Assembly (NCBI GenBank): GCA_031267535.1
Contig: JAIRYS010000021.1
Span: 1 to 64,000, forward strand
Reading direction: 5' to 3'
Length of the DNA stretch: 64,000 bases
DNA from: Holosporales bacterium
GTDB lineage: Bacteria; Pseudomonadota; Alphaproteobacteria; UBA3830; JAIRWN01
In this document: piece by piece, positions 19,327-28,592 of the stretch
Numbering within the stretch: the first letter of the stretch is position 1
Layout: every line of letters starts with the position of its first letter
Notes under the pieces: generated by a model
Told to the model about the DNA's origin: nothing
Database searches by the model: none
What the model saw: the letters and a program-made list of their open reading frames with translations, nothing else
Made by a program: the position numbers and the translations under genes

Positions 19327-19576
19327 CGGTTAATTCTTCAAACGAGACCGTTTCTTCGTTATCGGCTTGTTTTACAGATTCCAGCAGATATCGTCTGTTG
19401 GCTTCAGATCGCAGCAAGTAAGAAGTTTCGTCCATCGATTCGTATTCTTCGGCAGAGATTATGACAGCCTTCTGCCCATTTTTCCTTCTGATGTAAATGG
19501 GAACGTTGTTATCACACACTGCAGATAGGATGCTGGCTAAATTTTGGCGCGCCTCGCTGTAAGATACTTCTTTCAT
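19316..19576 (-). CDS. yefM: Type II antitoxin YefM/Phd family
   Basis: MKEVSYSEARQNLASILSAV.....PIYI.R.NG..AV.IS.EEYESM.ET.YLLRS..N...L is the YefM/Phd pattern. 11-nt overlap with yoeB. The ORF-track start at 19636 is probably too far upstream. Confidence 0.88.
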   Translation of the reverse strand: MKEVSYSEARQNLASILSAVCDNNVPIYIRRKNGQKAVIISAEEYESMDETSYLLRSEANRRYLLESVKQADNEETVSFEELTGGY

Positions 19577-19691
19577 AATCAAGCCCCCCCCACCGCTCTT
19601 CAATTGTACAGGATAGTTGTACAACATCATAACCAAAATGTTAAGAATAAAAATGAATAATTTAATCCCTATTGATCAAGCAATCCCCATT

Positions 19692-21029
19692 TTAATCGTA
19701 AGGATTTTTTTCTTTACGGTACTGAAATACCAACGGCCCTCCCCATAATGAGAAGGCCTGCCGTAAACTGTTTAGCAAATACCTTTCGTATGATCCTAAC
19801 GACGCGGATGCGTTTGTAAACAAGACAAACTTCAATGGATGAGTGCCGATTTGAGTGATGTACTTTATCTTAACCTCACGCCGCTTGAAAAGAGGCGGAG
19901 TTTTTTCTTCCAAAGCCCGTTTTAGCCACCGGTTTAGCTTGCCGGTCCCGATTTCAGCGCCCATTTTGCCGTAAACGTCCATGCAGTAATCTATAAGCTT
20001 GTTGAGGTTTTGTGATTTTACCGCAGATACTGGAATAATTGAGGCTTCCCCGCCAAGCTGGGACAAAGCATGGCTGACCTGGTATTTTGCCTCTTCCATA
20101 GCGGCCTTTGGGTTCTTTACCAAATCCCATTTATTTAGCGCTATCACTACTGGTTTGCCGCTTTCATAAGCGTGTCTGGCAATGGTGAGATCCTGCCTTT
20201 CCAAGGAATGTACGGCGTCAATTACTAAGACCACAACATCCGCTGACGCCGAGGCCTTGTTGGCGCTGTTGACGTACAGAAATTCCTGATGTTCAATCAC
20301 GTTTGGCCGCTTTCTTTGCCCAGCAGTATCCGTAAGAACCAAGTTGCGTCCTTTATAAAGCCAATCAACCGCAATCGCATCATGCGTAGTGCCGGCCTCC
20401 TTGTCAGTAATTAGGCGATAATCCCCAACTGTTGCGTTGATAAGGCTTGACTTGCCGGCGTTTGGTCGACCGACAAAAGAGATTTTTATCTTTTCTTGGC
20501 GTTTTAGTGTGGGGGGGGGGTCGCAATTCAGAATCTTTTCTCGTTCGGGCCAAATATCCAAGAGCCTGTAATATACGTCAGAAATACCTATGTTGTGTTC
20601 AGCTGATATACTGATAGGGTCGCCAAATCCCAAGCATTGACAGTCCAAAACCTCACGGTTACGGTCGATTTTATTCACCAGCAGTAATACTTGCTTCTGG
20701 CCAGTTTTTTTAAATGAAGTCCTTATGAAATTCGCCAGCTCTTTATGTATGACAATGTTTTCATCAATCATAAAAAAGATGATTTCGGCTGCCTGTATTG
20801 CCTTAAACGATTGATCATTCATCTCTTTGGCCAAGTGAGACGCCGCCCTGGGATCGATACCAGCCGTATCGATCAAATCAAACTCTAGATCATAGAGAGA
20901 CGCTCCACTCTCAAGCCAATCTCTGGTCATGCCAGGTTGACTGTGCGTTAAAGCTACCCTGCGTCCCGCCAGGCGGTTAAATAAAGTGGACTTGCCTACA
21001 TTAGGCGCGCCTATAAGCGCTATTTTCAT
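19692..21029 (-). CDS. der: Ribosome-associated GTPase Der (EngA)
   Basis: Two tandem GTPase domains (GAPNVGKSTLFNRL...DTAG; GRPNAGKSSLIN...DTAG...NKWD) plus a KH-like C-terminus. The start is set at MKIALIG (21029) rather than the ORF opening at 21095. Confidence 0.95.
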   Translation of the reverse strand: MKIALIGAPNVGKSTLFNRLAGRRVALTHSQPGMTRDWLESGASLYDLEFDLIDTAGIDPRAASHLAKEMNDQSFKAIQAAEIIFFMIDENIVIHKELANFIRTSFKKTGQKQVLLLVNKIDRNREVLDCQCLGFGDPISISAEHNIGISDVYYRLLDIWPEREKILNCDPPPTLKRQEKIKISFVGRPNAGKSSLINATVGDYRLITDKEAGTTHDAIAVDWLYKGRNLVLTDTAGQRKRPNVIEHQEFLYVNSANKASASADVVVLVIDAVHSLERQDLTIARHAYESGKPVVIALNKWDLVKNPKAAMEEAKYQVSHALSQLGGEASIIPVSAVKSQNLNKLIDYCMDVYGKMGAEIGTGKLNRWLKRALEEKTPPLFKRREVKIKYITQIGTHPLKFVLFTNASASLGSYERYLLNSLRQAFSLWGGPLVFQYRKEKNPYD

Positions 21030-21167
21030 ATCTTTATTAACAAGTAAATTAATCGTGTTGCTCCGGATTATAGTATGCGCGGCGCGGCATGCCAATTTGA
21101 AAACTTTTGTATCACAGCAACCGATTACAGTGTATAATTACGCCCTGATGTTTTTGGGCATAACAAG

Positions 21168-21911
21168 ATGATAACCGCTTCTACCGCAACAGAGACCGTA
21201 AAGATAGTACAAGACGTTGCTGCCGGCCAAGGCATGACTGTTTTTTCGCTGTTTTATCAGGCAACACTGACTGTAAAGTTCGTGATGTGCGTGCTTGCAG
21301 TCGCCTCATGCTGGAGTTGGGCGCTGATTTTCTACAAAGTAATTCTCATTAGAAAACTTTCAGCAAGAACGCGTGCTTTTAAGCAAGCGTTTTGGTCGCG
21401 TAAATCGCTTGATGAGATACATATGATGTTCTCTAAAGATAAAGATTCGTTCCCAATGTTGTTTTGCAATATGCTGCACGAGCACAATCAACTGGCGAAG
21501 GCCGTCTCCAACCGCGATCGAGATACATTTTCCACCATATGTGAAGAAAGGCTTGAGCGCGTTGCTGAGGTTTGTATCATCAGAACACGAACTTTTCTTG
21601 AAAGCAAGTTAAGCTCTTTGGCGAGTATTGGTTCAATTTCGCCATTTGTCGGGTTGTTTGGTACGGTCTGGGGGATTATGAACAGCTTTGAAGCCATCGG
21701 GCTTGAGAAAAATGCAAGCCTAGCGTCCGTAGGCCCAGGGATAGCAGAAGCTCTGCTTGCTACAGCGCTGGGACTGGCGGTAGCAATTCCGGCGGTTTTT
21801 GCTTATAATAAGATTTCGTCAAGCGTGGCTTCGTATATAAGCGACCTAGAAATATTCGCCAACGAATTCATTTTGATTCTGCTTAAGAAGCTTGATGGGA
21901 CAGGAGATTGA
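21168..21911 (+). CDS. tolQ: Tol-Pal system protein TolQ
   Basis: 247 aa MotA/TolQ/ExbB-type channel (3 TM, SIGSISPFVGLFGTVWGIM...GPGIAEAL.ATA.GL). First gene of tolQRAB. Confidence 0.93.
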   Translation: MITASTATETVKIVQDVAAGQGMTVFSLFYQATLTVKFVMCVLAVASCWSWALIFYKVILIRKLSARTRAFKQAFWSRKSLDEIHMMFSKDKDSFPMLFCNMLHEHNQLAKAVSNRDRDTFSTICEERLERVAEVCIIRTRTFLESKLSSLASIGSISPFVGLFGTVWGIMNSFEAIGLEKNASLASVGPGIAEALLATALGLAVAIPAVFAYNKISSSVASYISDLEIFANEFILILLKKLDGTGD

Positions 21912-22357
21912 TTTTGCTTAAAGGACTTAGTTCAAGGCACAAAAATTGTCCGGTTATGAGCGATATCAACGTCACGCCTATGATCGACGTGATGTTAGTG
22001 CTGCTGGTGATATTTATGGTGACAGCGCCACTGTTAACCTTCGGCGTCAAGGTGGATCTTCCTAAAACGGAAGCGTCCGCAATTGCTGACCAAGAAGAAC
22101 CCCTGACAGTAAGCATCAAACGCGACGGATCAGTCTGCATAGGAGATATATGTGTTGATGGAGAAACGCTTATCAGTAAGCTTTTGGCCATTACTAACAA
22201 CAACACAACCGTTCGACTTTACCTGCAAGCCGATCGTACCCTTAAGTACGAAGATGTTATGCAAGTGATTGCTATGCTAGACAATGCCGGATTCAAGAAG
22301 ATTGCGCTTATATCCGACATGCCAGACAAGCCTGTCAAAGGAAAAGCGTTGAAATAG
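21908..22357 (+). CDS. tolR: Tol-Pal system protein TolR (ExbD/TolR family)
   Basis: SDINVTPMIDVMLVLLVIFMV TM motif. The start is either TTG 21908, overlapping the tolQ stop, or ATG 21956. Confidence 0.9.
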   Translation: MILLKGLSSRHKNCPVMSDINVTPMIDVMLVLLVIFMVTAPLLTFGVKVDLPKTEASAIADQEEPLTVSIKRDGSVCIGDICVDGETLISKLLAITNNNTTVRLYLQADRTLKYEDVMQVIAMLDNAGFKKIALISDMPDKPVKGKALK

Positions 22358-22372
22358 GACGGAGGCAGCTCT

Positions 22373-23155
22373 TTGCAACAAAGCCTTTGGTTGTCAGTAG
22401 CATTACATGCTGTGTTTTTGTTGATTGTGTTTGTTGGCATACCTTCTCGTTCAAGAGTCGTGCCTGATACGTTCAACCTAGAGGTTATAAAGCGAACCGA
22501 CCTTGAGGAAATACAGAAAAAAGCGGCAGAGTTAAGTCCTGACTCTAAGGAAGAAAAGCCGCTTGAGACTAAGCATTCGTTTCAAACTGAACCGCCAGTG
22601 AAAAAAAACAGCAGCGCAGTTCCTGATGCTAAAGTATCGCCAAAAACGAACAAGGATTTGGAAAAGGTGTTGGATAATGTGGTTAAGGAAGAGAATCTTA
22701 ATAAGCAATTCGATAATATGCTTAGAAACGTTGAGAAAAATACCTCGAAGAAAAAGGCGGCTAAAACTGTGGAAAACAGGACGGTAGACGACGTGCTAGG
22801 CAGTATCGACAGCTCGTCCAGTGAGGGGGTAGATGGGGTAAGCGCACTGAGCGCTACTGAAGAGGAGGCTATTCGGCAGCAAATTTACCCAAATTGGTTT
22901 GTGCCAGCTGGCATTAAGGACGCAGAAAACATTATCGTTGAAATAGAAGTTCGATTGAGTGAAACTGGCGAGGTTCTTTCCGCCAAAATCTTAGATAAAA
23001 AAAAGTGCATGTCGCAGCAAAGTACCAGAGTTGCCGCAGAAAGCGCCAAAAGGGCCGTTATGCTGTCCAGTCCGATCAAAGTGCCTGCGTCGCTTAAGGG
23101 CGCCTTAAAGAATTTTGTTTTGCGTTTTAATCCAAAGGATGTGTTAGATCGATGA
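22373..23155 (+). CDS. tolA: Cell-envelope integrity protein TolA
   Basis: TTG start. N-terminal TM (LWLSVALHAVFLLIVFVGI), a Lys/Glu-rich linker and a C-terminal TolA/TonB-like domain (IRQQIYPNWFVPAG...). Sits between tolR and tolB. Confidence 0.85.
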   Translation: MQQSLWLSVALHAVFLLIVFVGIPSRSRVVPDTFNLEVIKRTDLEEIQKKAAELSPDSKEEKPLETKHSFQTEPPVKKNSSAVPDAKVSPKTNKDLEKVLDNVVKEENLNKQFDNMLRNVEKNTSKKKAAKTVENRTVDDVLGSIDSSSSEGVDGVSALSATEEEAIRQQIYPNWFVPAGIKDAENIIVEIEVRLSETGEVLSAKILDKKKCMSQQSTRVAAESAKRAVMLSSPIKVPASLKGALKNFVLRFNPKDVLDR

Positions 23156-24471
23156 AAAAGTTTCTTGCTTTGTTCGCCCTGCTATTTTTTAGCAGATCGC
23201 TTTTTGCAGAAGTCACGATAGACATAAATCGCGGAGTGTATTCTCCTATACCTATTGCAATTCATGATTTCCGCGGTCAAGATCAAACGACTGCGTCTCT
23301 TATAAAAAGCATAATAAAGAACGACTTAGAAAGTTCTGGCCTTTTACGCCTGGTAGATTCGTCTGCTTTTATCCAGAAACTTCAGGGGATTGAGGACGCG
23401 CCTAATTTTGCTAATTGGCGCCTTATCAATACGCAATTTCTTCTGAATGCCGAAGTCAAATCCTACGGCGACAAACTGACCGTAATCTATAAGCTTTATG
23501 ATGTGTTATCTGAGGGAATAGTCGTTGGCGCTTCGTTAAGTTGTTCTTATAGAGGAATTCGCCAAATCGCACATATGGTCTCGGACAGCGTGTATTCCTA
23601 CATAACCGGTGAAGGACCTTATTTTAATGCAAGGATAGTCTATGTGGCTGAACAAAGGCACAACGGAAGAATAATCAAAAAACTCGCCATTATGGACAGC
23701 GATGGCGAAAACCATAAATTTCTTACAAATGGCACGGAGATAGTGTTAACTCCGCGATTTTCTCCTAACACGCAGGAGATAACTTATTTCGCCTTTGTAG
23801 ATACCGTAAATTCGAGAGGGCAAATAAGGCGCGGGGTTGGCAAGGTATTTCTGTTTGACCTGGCTACTGGCCAACATCAGTTTGTTGGGTCGTTTAAAGG
23901 CATGACTTATGCCCCCAGGTTTTCGGCAAACGGCAAGCGCTTGATCTTCAGTTTATCTGACAGGGGCAGCTCGTCTATTTACGAGATAGACCTTTGCTCT
24001 AAGGATGTAAGACGAATTACCCACAGCCGCGGCGCTATCGATACGTCTCCTTGCTATTCGCCCGATGGAGATAAGATTGTTTTCAGCTCGGATCGAGGTG
24101 GATCTCAACAGCTTTATATAACGAATGCGGACGGCAGTAATATCAAGCGTCTCTCGTTCGGGCATGGACAATATGCAACGCCGGTTTGGTCGCCAAGAAA
24201 AGATTGGATTGCTTTCACTAGGATGTACAAAGGGACATTTTATATCGGCGTAATGCGACCAGACGGCAGCGGAGAACGTATGCTGTCGTCTGGATATTTG
24301 GTCGAAGGGCCTACGTGGTTTCCTAACGGTCGAGGTCTGATGTTTTCGTACCAGTCGCACAGCAGAGGCAAAACCACTATACGCAGCATAGACGTTACCG
24401 GTCATAACGAGAGGGCTCTGCTGACCCCGCATGGCGCATCAGACCCCGCATGTTCGCCAGTGATACAATAG
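23152..24471 (+). CDS. tolB: Tol-Pal system beta-propeller protein TolB
   Basis: Signal peptide MKKFLALFALLFFSRSLFA, a TolB N-domain, then repeated PD40 blades (P.FSP.G..I.F.S.R.G...IY...). Confidence 0.95.
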   Translation: MKKFLALFALLFFSRSLFAEVTIDINRGVYSPIPIAIHDFRGQDQTTASLIKSIIKNDLESSGLLRLVDSSAFIQKLQGIEDAPNFANWRLINTQFLLNAEVKSYGDKLTVIYKLYDVLSEGIVVGASLSCSYRGIRQIAHMVSDSVYSYITGEGPYFNARIVYVAEQRHNGRIIKKLAIMDSDGENHKFLTNGTEIVLTPRFSPNTQEITYFAFVDTVNSRGQIRRGVGKVFLFDLATGQHQFVGSFKGMTYAPRFSANGKRLIFSLSDRGSSSIYEIDLCSKDVRRITHSRGAIDTSPCYSPDGDKIVFSSDRGGSQQLYITNADGSNIKRLSFGHGQYATPVWSPRKDWIAFTRMYKGTFYIGVMRPDGSGERMLSSGYLVEGPTWFPNGRGLMFSYQSHSRGKTTIRSIDVTGHNERALLTPHGASDPACSPVIQ

Positions 24472-25595
24472 CGCTGTACCTACACTGGCCTTATTGCATC
24501 AGCAAATGTAATTACTGCGCCTTCAACAGCATTGCGACCAATAAGCCTGATTATCTGTCCTGGCGTCGCGCGCTCATGCAAGAGCTTTGTCACGAAGCGC
24601 TAAGCTTAGGTGATCGCAAGCTGTCCAGCATATATTTCGGGGGCGGAACGCCTTCGCTTATTCCAACACAGCATTTACAAGAGATTATTGAATTTGCGAC
24701 CCAATACTGGCCCGGCGATGATATAGAAGTAACCCTTGAAGCCAATCCGGCAACCGTAGATCAAGAAAAATTGCACGGCTGCCTAGCTGCTGGGGTGAAC
24801 AGATTGTCGCTTGGGGTTCAGTCTTTTAATAATGATTTACTAAGCTTTCTTGGACGCAAGCACACGGCCGAACAAGCCGAGGAGGCTTTTCTTATGGCAA
24901 GGAAGGCTGGGTTTAGTAATATTAGCCTGGACTTAATTTTTGCTATACCCGACCAAACGGAATCAATGCTGGAACATGATTTGGACAGGGTTACAGCGCT
25001 TAACCCACAGCACATTTCTGCATATCAGCTAAGCGTAGAGGAGAACACCGAACTTTATCAAGATCATGCCTTAGGGCTGTTTAAGTTGTTGAATGAAGAC
25101 GCCGTCTTGCAACAGTTCGATATAGTGCACAAAAGACTGACTGAAGCGGGATATAAACACTATGAAGTGTCAAATTTTGCTAAATCTGGATACAAATCAA
25201 GGCATAATCTGGCTTACTGGAGGTATCAGGAGTACTTAGGCTTAGGTCCGGGGGCCCACAGCAGAATAATCAAGGACGGTGAGGTTTTCGCTGTGGAAAA
25301 AGCAAGAGACATTCAGGTATGGACGGATGATCCGATTGGCAGCACGCGTACAAGCAAACTTAGCAAAGAAGAAGTCCTTAATGAAATCTTGATTATGGGC
25401 CTAAGGACCATCGATGGTATCAACATCACGGATTTAAAAAAGAAGGTTGGCGCACAAAAAACGGATGATTTTTTGGCCAGTCCAGCGGTACAGGAGCTTA
25501 TTGGTCTGGGAATGCTTAAAAAAGACCCAATCTGTCTGTGGATTCCAGAATGCCATCGCCTTAAAACTGACGCTATAGAGCGAGCCTGTCTTTAG
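24450..25595 (+). CDS. hemW: Radical SAM heme chaperone HemW (HemN-like, oxygen-independent coproporphyrinogen oxidase family)
   Basis: LYLHWPYCISKCNYCAF (C.3C.2C cluster), GGGTPS, and a HemN_C-type C-terminal domain. Overlaps the tolB 3' end by 22 nt. Confidence 0.9.
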   Translation: MFASDTIALYLHWPYCISKCNYCAFNSIATNKPDYLSWRRALMQELCHEALSLGDRKLSSIYFGGGTPSLIPTQHLQEIIEFATQYWPGDDIEVTLEANPATVDQEKLHGCLAAGVNRLSLGVQSFNNDLLSFLGRKHTAEQAEEAFLMARKAGFSNISLDLIFAIPDQTESMLEHDLDRVTALNPQHISAYQLSVEENTELYQDHALGLFKLLNEDAVLQQFDIVHKRLTEAGYKHYEVSNFAKSGYKSRHNLAYWRYQEYLGLGPGAHSRIIKDGEVFAVEKARDIQVWTDDPIGSTRTSKLSKEEVLNEILIMGLRTIDGINITDLKKKVGAQKTDDFLASPAVQELIGLGMLKKDPICLWIPECHRLKTDAIERACL

Positions 25596-25614
25596 TAAAG
25601 ACGCCAATCGTTTT

Positions 25615-26085
25615 CTATGCTAGCCTTTGCTGTCGCAGCGAATCTAAAGCGCCTTGAAGTATGTACGCTGCGGCAAGGCCGTCTATAACCTTCTTTCGCT
25701 TATCTCTTCGAACGCCGGATTGTATCAGCATACGATCCATGGCTTGGCTGGACAGGCGCTCGTCCCATAATAAAAGCGGCATATCAGATTGTTGACTCAG
25801 CGTATCAGCAAATTTTCTTACATACTCGCATTGTTGACCTTCGATTCCATTCATGTTTAATGGCCAACCGATAACCGCAGCACAAATTTGATTATCTTTA
25901 AAATAGTCGCAAATTGCCGAAATATCCTTCGCAAAAGCAGTACGCTGAATAGTACGATCAGCCGAGGCTATACTTCTAAGCAAATCGCTTAACGCCAAAC
26001 CGAGCGTTTTGGCGCCAACATCAATTCCTGCTAGTCTTCCTGTCTTTGGCAATTGAGCGCAAAAGCTCAGTCTATCAAAAATCAT
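25615..26085 (-). CDS. ruvX: Holliday-junction resolvase-like nuclease RuvX (YqgF)
   Basis: 156 aa. GIDVGAKTLGLALSD..., ...GWPLNMNG..G......V..F...L, DERLSS. Confidence 0.9.
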   Translation of the reverse strand: MIFDRLSFCAQLPKTGRLAGIDVGAKTLGLALSDLLRSIASADRTIQRTAFAKDISAICDYFKDNQICAAVIGWPLNMNGIEGQQCEYVRKFADTLSQQSDMPLLLWDERLSSQAMDRMLIQSGVRRDKRKKVIDGLAAAYILQGALDSLRQQRLA

Positions 26086-26178
26086 GCGACATTTTAAAAA
26101 AACTTCTTTACGTTAACAGGTTTTTAATTTGTTTTTCAGTAAAATATTCGGATAAGGACTGAAGAATGGGGGAATTTT

Positions 26179-26376
26179 ATGGACATGTCACGACAGTCTC
26201 TAGAGATTCTACTTGACCTGGTGGAGATCAAGCTTGGAGCGCTTTTGGTGCAAGACAGAGAAGATATGCAGGAGTTGGGCAACCTAAAATCCTGCAAAAG
26301 AGAGCTCGCCGAAATGATTAACGGGAAGGTGGCCGAAAGAAGGCAAAACAGGCATCGACACAGCATCGTCGCTTAG
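26179..26376 (+). CDS. Small hypothetical helical protein (65 aa)
   Basis: ATG preceded by GGGGGAATTTT. Charged amphipathic sequence (SLEILLDLVEIKLGALLVQDREDMQELGNLKSCKRELAEMI). The overlapping minus-strand ORF 26136-26366 is Cys/Ser-rich and looks non-coding. Confidence 0.45.
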   Translation: MDMSRQSLEILLDLVEIKLGALLVQDREDMQELGNLKSCKRELAEMINGKVAERRQNRHRHSIVA

Positions 26377-26399
26377 CGCGCACCCACTGTATAGGCGGC

Positions 26400-27638
26400 C
26401 TAGCTATCTCGTCGCGATGGTTTAAGGAATAAAAGAAAGAAAGTGGCAACAACGGCGATTCCTGCGTTTGCATAAAACGCAACTTCGGCGCTGTGCCTGT
26501 CCCACAAATACCCCATGAGTATGCTTGAAGAACACATGCCTATCGCGCAGGTAACGTTGAATATACCGAAAGTTGTGCCTTTTAGATGTTTCGGAGAATA
26601 ATCCGATACTAAGGCGTATAACGTTCCTTGAGTGGCGCCAAAATGGACGCCGTACACTGCGACGCCAAAAACCACCTGCCAAATCTCGGTCGCAGCGCCA
26701 AGAATCACGCAAGACACAATCATCAAAATGAAACCGGCCGCCAGAAACTGCCTTCTGTCTGCATTATCGGACCAGATTCCAACTAACTTAACCGTGGGGG
26801 TATAGCACAGATACATGACGGTTAGCATCAACGCCTGATACTGCACGCCAAGACCAAGCGTTTGAGCGCGATAGACTAAAAATGATTCGCTGAACCTAGA
26901 CATCATGAAAGTTAGGCTAACAAATATGAAATACCAATATTCGCTGCCAAGCTCTCGCAGGTCTTCACGTTTAATAGGGAACCCTTTTCTTTTTTTTAGC
27001 GCAGTTATCCCCGCCGCATCCTTTACGCCAAAGCAAAGCAGAAGCACTGCCAGTATTATCGGTATAATCGCAATGATATACACAACTCTTATTGACGATT
27101 CGTCATCGCCTAAGTGACGTAAAATCTGCCAGCAAAATATCCCGCCGATTGTTGATCCCAATGTCGCCATTCCCTGACGAAGGCCAAAGCACGTACCCTT
27201 CAAGCCTTTAGGGGAAGTGTCTGCAACTAATGCGTCTCTTGGGGTGTCGCGTAAACCATTTGCTACGCGCTCTATCGTTTGTGCGGACATATAGGTAAAA
27301 ATACTGGTGGCCATCATGAATATTGGCTTTGTGAATATAGCCGCTCCATACCCTATCAAGATAAGGATTTTTCTCCGCCCAATATAATCACTAAGCACGC
27401 CGGAACACAGCTTAAGAACGTAAGCCAACGCTTCGGTAGTGCCGCGAATAAATCCCAAGTCAAGGCTGTTTCCGCCTAAAAGTCCGATTATAAAGACCGG
27501 AGATAAACTCGAGATAACGCTTGAGGACGAGTTCATAAAAAGGCTTACGAACGACAAAGTCCAAATCGTTCCCGGAATTTTGTGAATAAAACTTGAAACA
27601 ACCGATCTCCCTTTCGTGGATTGTTGATTTTTTGTCAT
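26400..27638 (-). CDS. Major facilitator superfamily transporter
   Basis: 412 aa with ~12 TM helices. MFS loop motif (LSDYIGRRKILILIG) between TM2 and TM3. Confidence 0.85.
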   Translation of the reverse strand: MTKNQQSTKGRSVVSSFIHKIPGTIWTLSFVSLFMNSSSSVISSLSPVFIIGLLGGNSLDLGFIRGTTEALAYVLKLCSGVLSDYIGRRKILILIGYGAAIFTKPIFMMATSIFTYMSAQTIERVANGLRDTPRDALVADTSPKGLKGTCFGLRQGMATLGSTIGGIFCWQILRHLGDDESSIRVVYIIAIIPIILAVLLLCFGVKDAAGITALKKRKGFPIKREDLRELGSEYWYFIFVSLTFMMSRFSESFLVYRAQTLGLGVQYQALMLTVMYLCYTPTVKLVGIWSDNADRRQFLAAGFILMIVSCVILGAATEIWQVVFGVAVYGVHFGATQGTLYALVSDYSPKHLKGTTFGIFNVTCAIGMCSSSILMGYLWDRHSAEVAFYANAGIAVVATFFLLFLKPSRRDS

Positions 27639-27841
27639 GAGTCAGCTGTCTTGAAAGGGCGGCAATGACCGTATGGCGCTTTGGTACCATATGCAAAGGC
27701 AATTGTAAAACAAAATTAACGATCCTCTAGCTTCAAAAAGTCCTTGAAAACATGGTATTAAGGTGCTAGAAGCTTCGTTTAGGGTATGAGGTTATCTCGG
27801 GGCATACCTGAAACGTGCAGTTGTTAAGGATTTAAAGAAAA

Positions 27842-28036
27842 ATGCCCAAGCTAAAGAACAAAAGCTCCGCTAAAAAACGATTCAGCTTTACAGCTACGGG
27901 TAAGGTGGTCGCTGCTTCCGCATTTAGGCGGCACAATCTACGTAAGCGCCCCCAAAAGATGAAAAGGCAAAGTCGTGGCGCCATGATCCTTAAGCCTTGC
28001 GACACAAAGATTATCTCAAGTTGTTTGCCGGTATAA
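27842..28036 (+). CDS. rpmI: 50S ribosomal protein L35
   Basis: [22 protein letters not shown]...[14 protein letters not shown], directly upstream of rplT. Confidence 0.95.
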   Translation: MPKLKNKSSAKKRFSFTATGKVVAASAFRRHNLRKRPQKMKRQSRGAMILKPCDTKIISSCLPV

Positions 28037-28049
28037 GGGGAGGTGAAAT

Positions 28050-28424
28050 ATGTCGCGTGTTAAGCGTGGTGTTACGGCGAGGGCTCGTCACAAGAAAGTA
28101 CTAAAACTCTCCAAAGGGTTTGTTGGCCGCTCTAGCGCCTGTTTTGGACCGGCAGTCGAAAGGCTGGAAAAATCTTTGCAATATGCGTACAGAGATCGTC
28201 GTACGCGCAGGCGCGATCTACGGTCCCTTTGGATAGTACGGGTAAACGCCGCTTCACGCGAGCATGGAATCAAATACTCAGAGTTTATTTTTGGTCTTAA
28301 AAAGGCCGGCATAGCGCTAGACAGAAAAGTCATGTCGGACATGGCTGTCAGTTCGCCTGATGCATTTAGCGCTTTGGTCAAAGAGGCTGTAAAATTTTTG
28401 CCTAAGAAAGTTGCTTCTGCTTAA
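28050..28424 (+). CDS. rplT: 50S ribosomal protein L20
   Basis: [26 protein letters not shown]......A....[25 protein letters not shown]. Confidence 0.97.
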   Translation: MSRVKRGVTARARHKKVLKLSKGFVGRSSACFGPAVERLEKSLQYAYRDRRTRRRDLRSLWIVRVNAASREHGIKYSEFIFGLKKAGIALDRKVMSDMAVSSPDAFSALVKEAVKFLPKKVASA

Positions 28425-28524
28425 GAGCGCTTTAAGAAAATTATCTTCATTCTTATAAACGGGCCTGAAATTTTGTTCAAAACTGTTTCAGCAAACAATT
28501 TATCAAATTAGCATCATTTTTTTC

Positions 28525-28554
28525 TTGACAAAGGTTGAATGATATTGCTATGCT
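28525..28554 (+). promoter_or_regulatory. Candidate sigma-70 promoter of the 505-aa secreted-protein gene
   Basis: TTGACA (28525-28530), an 18-nt spacer, TATGCT (28549-28554). Downstream is GAGGTGG-N5-GTG at 28593. Confidence 0.4.
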
Positions 28555-28592
28555 TTACACTAATATTAAATTAGCCAACATGAGGTGGTATT

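Noticed and set aside
21037-21052. TTAA-N8-TTAA near the der start
   Set aside because: The spacing is 8, not the 7 required for the CtrA box.
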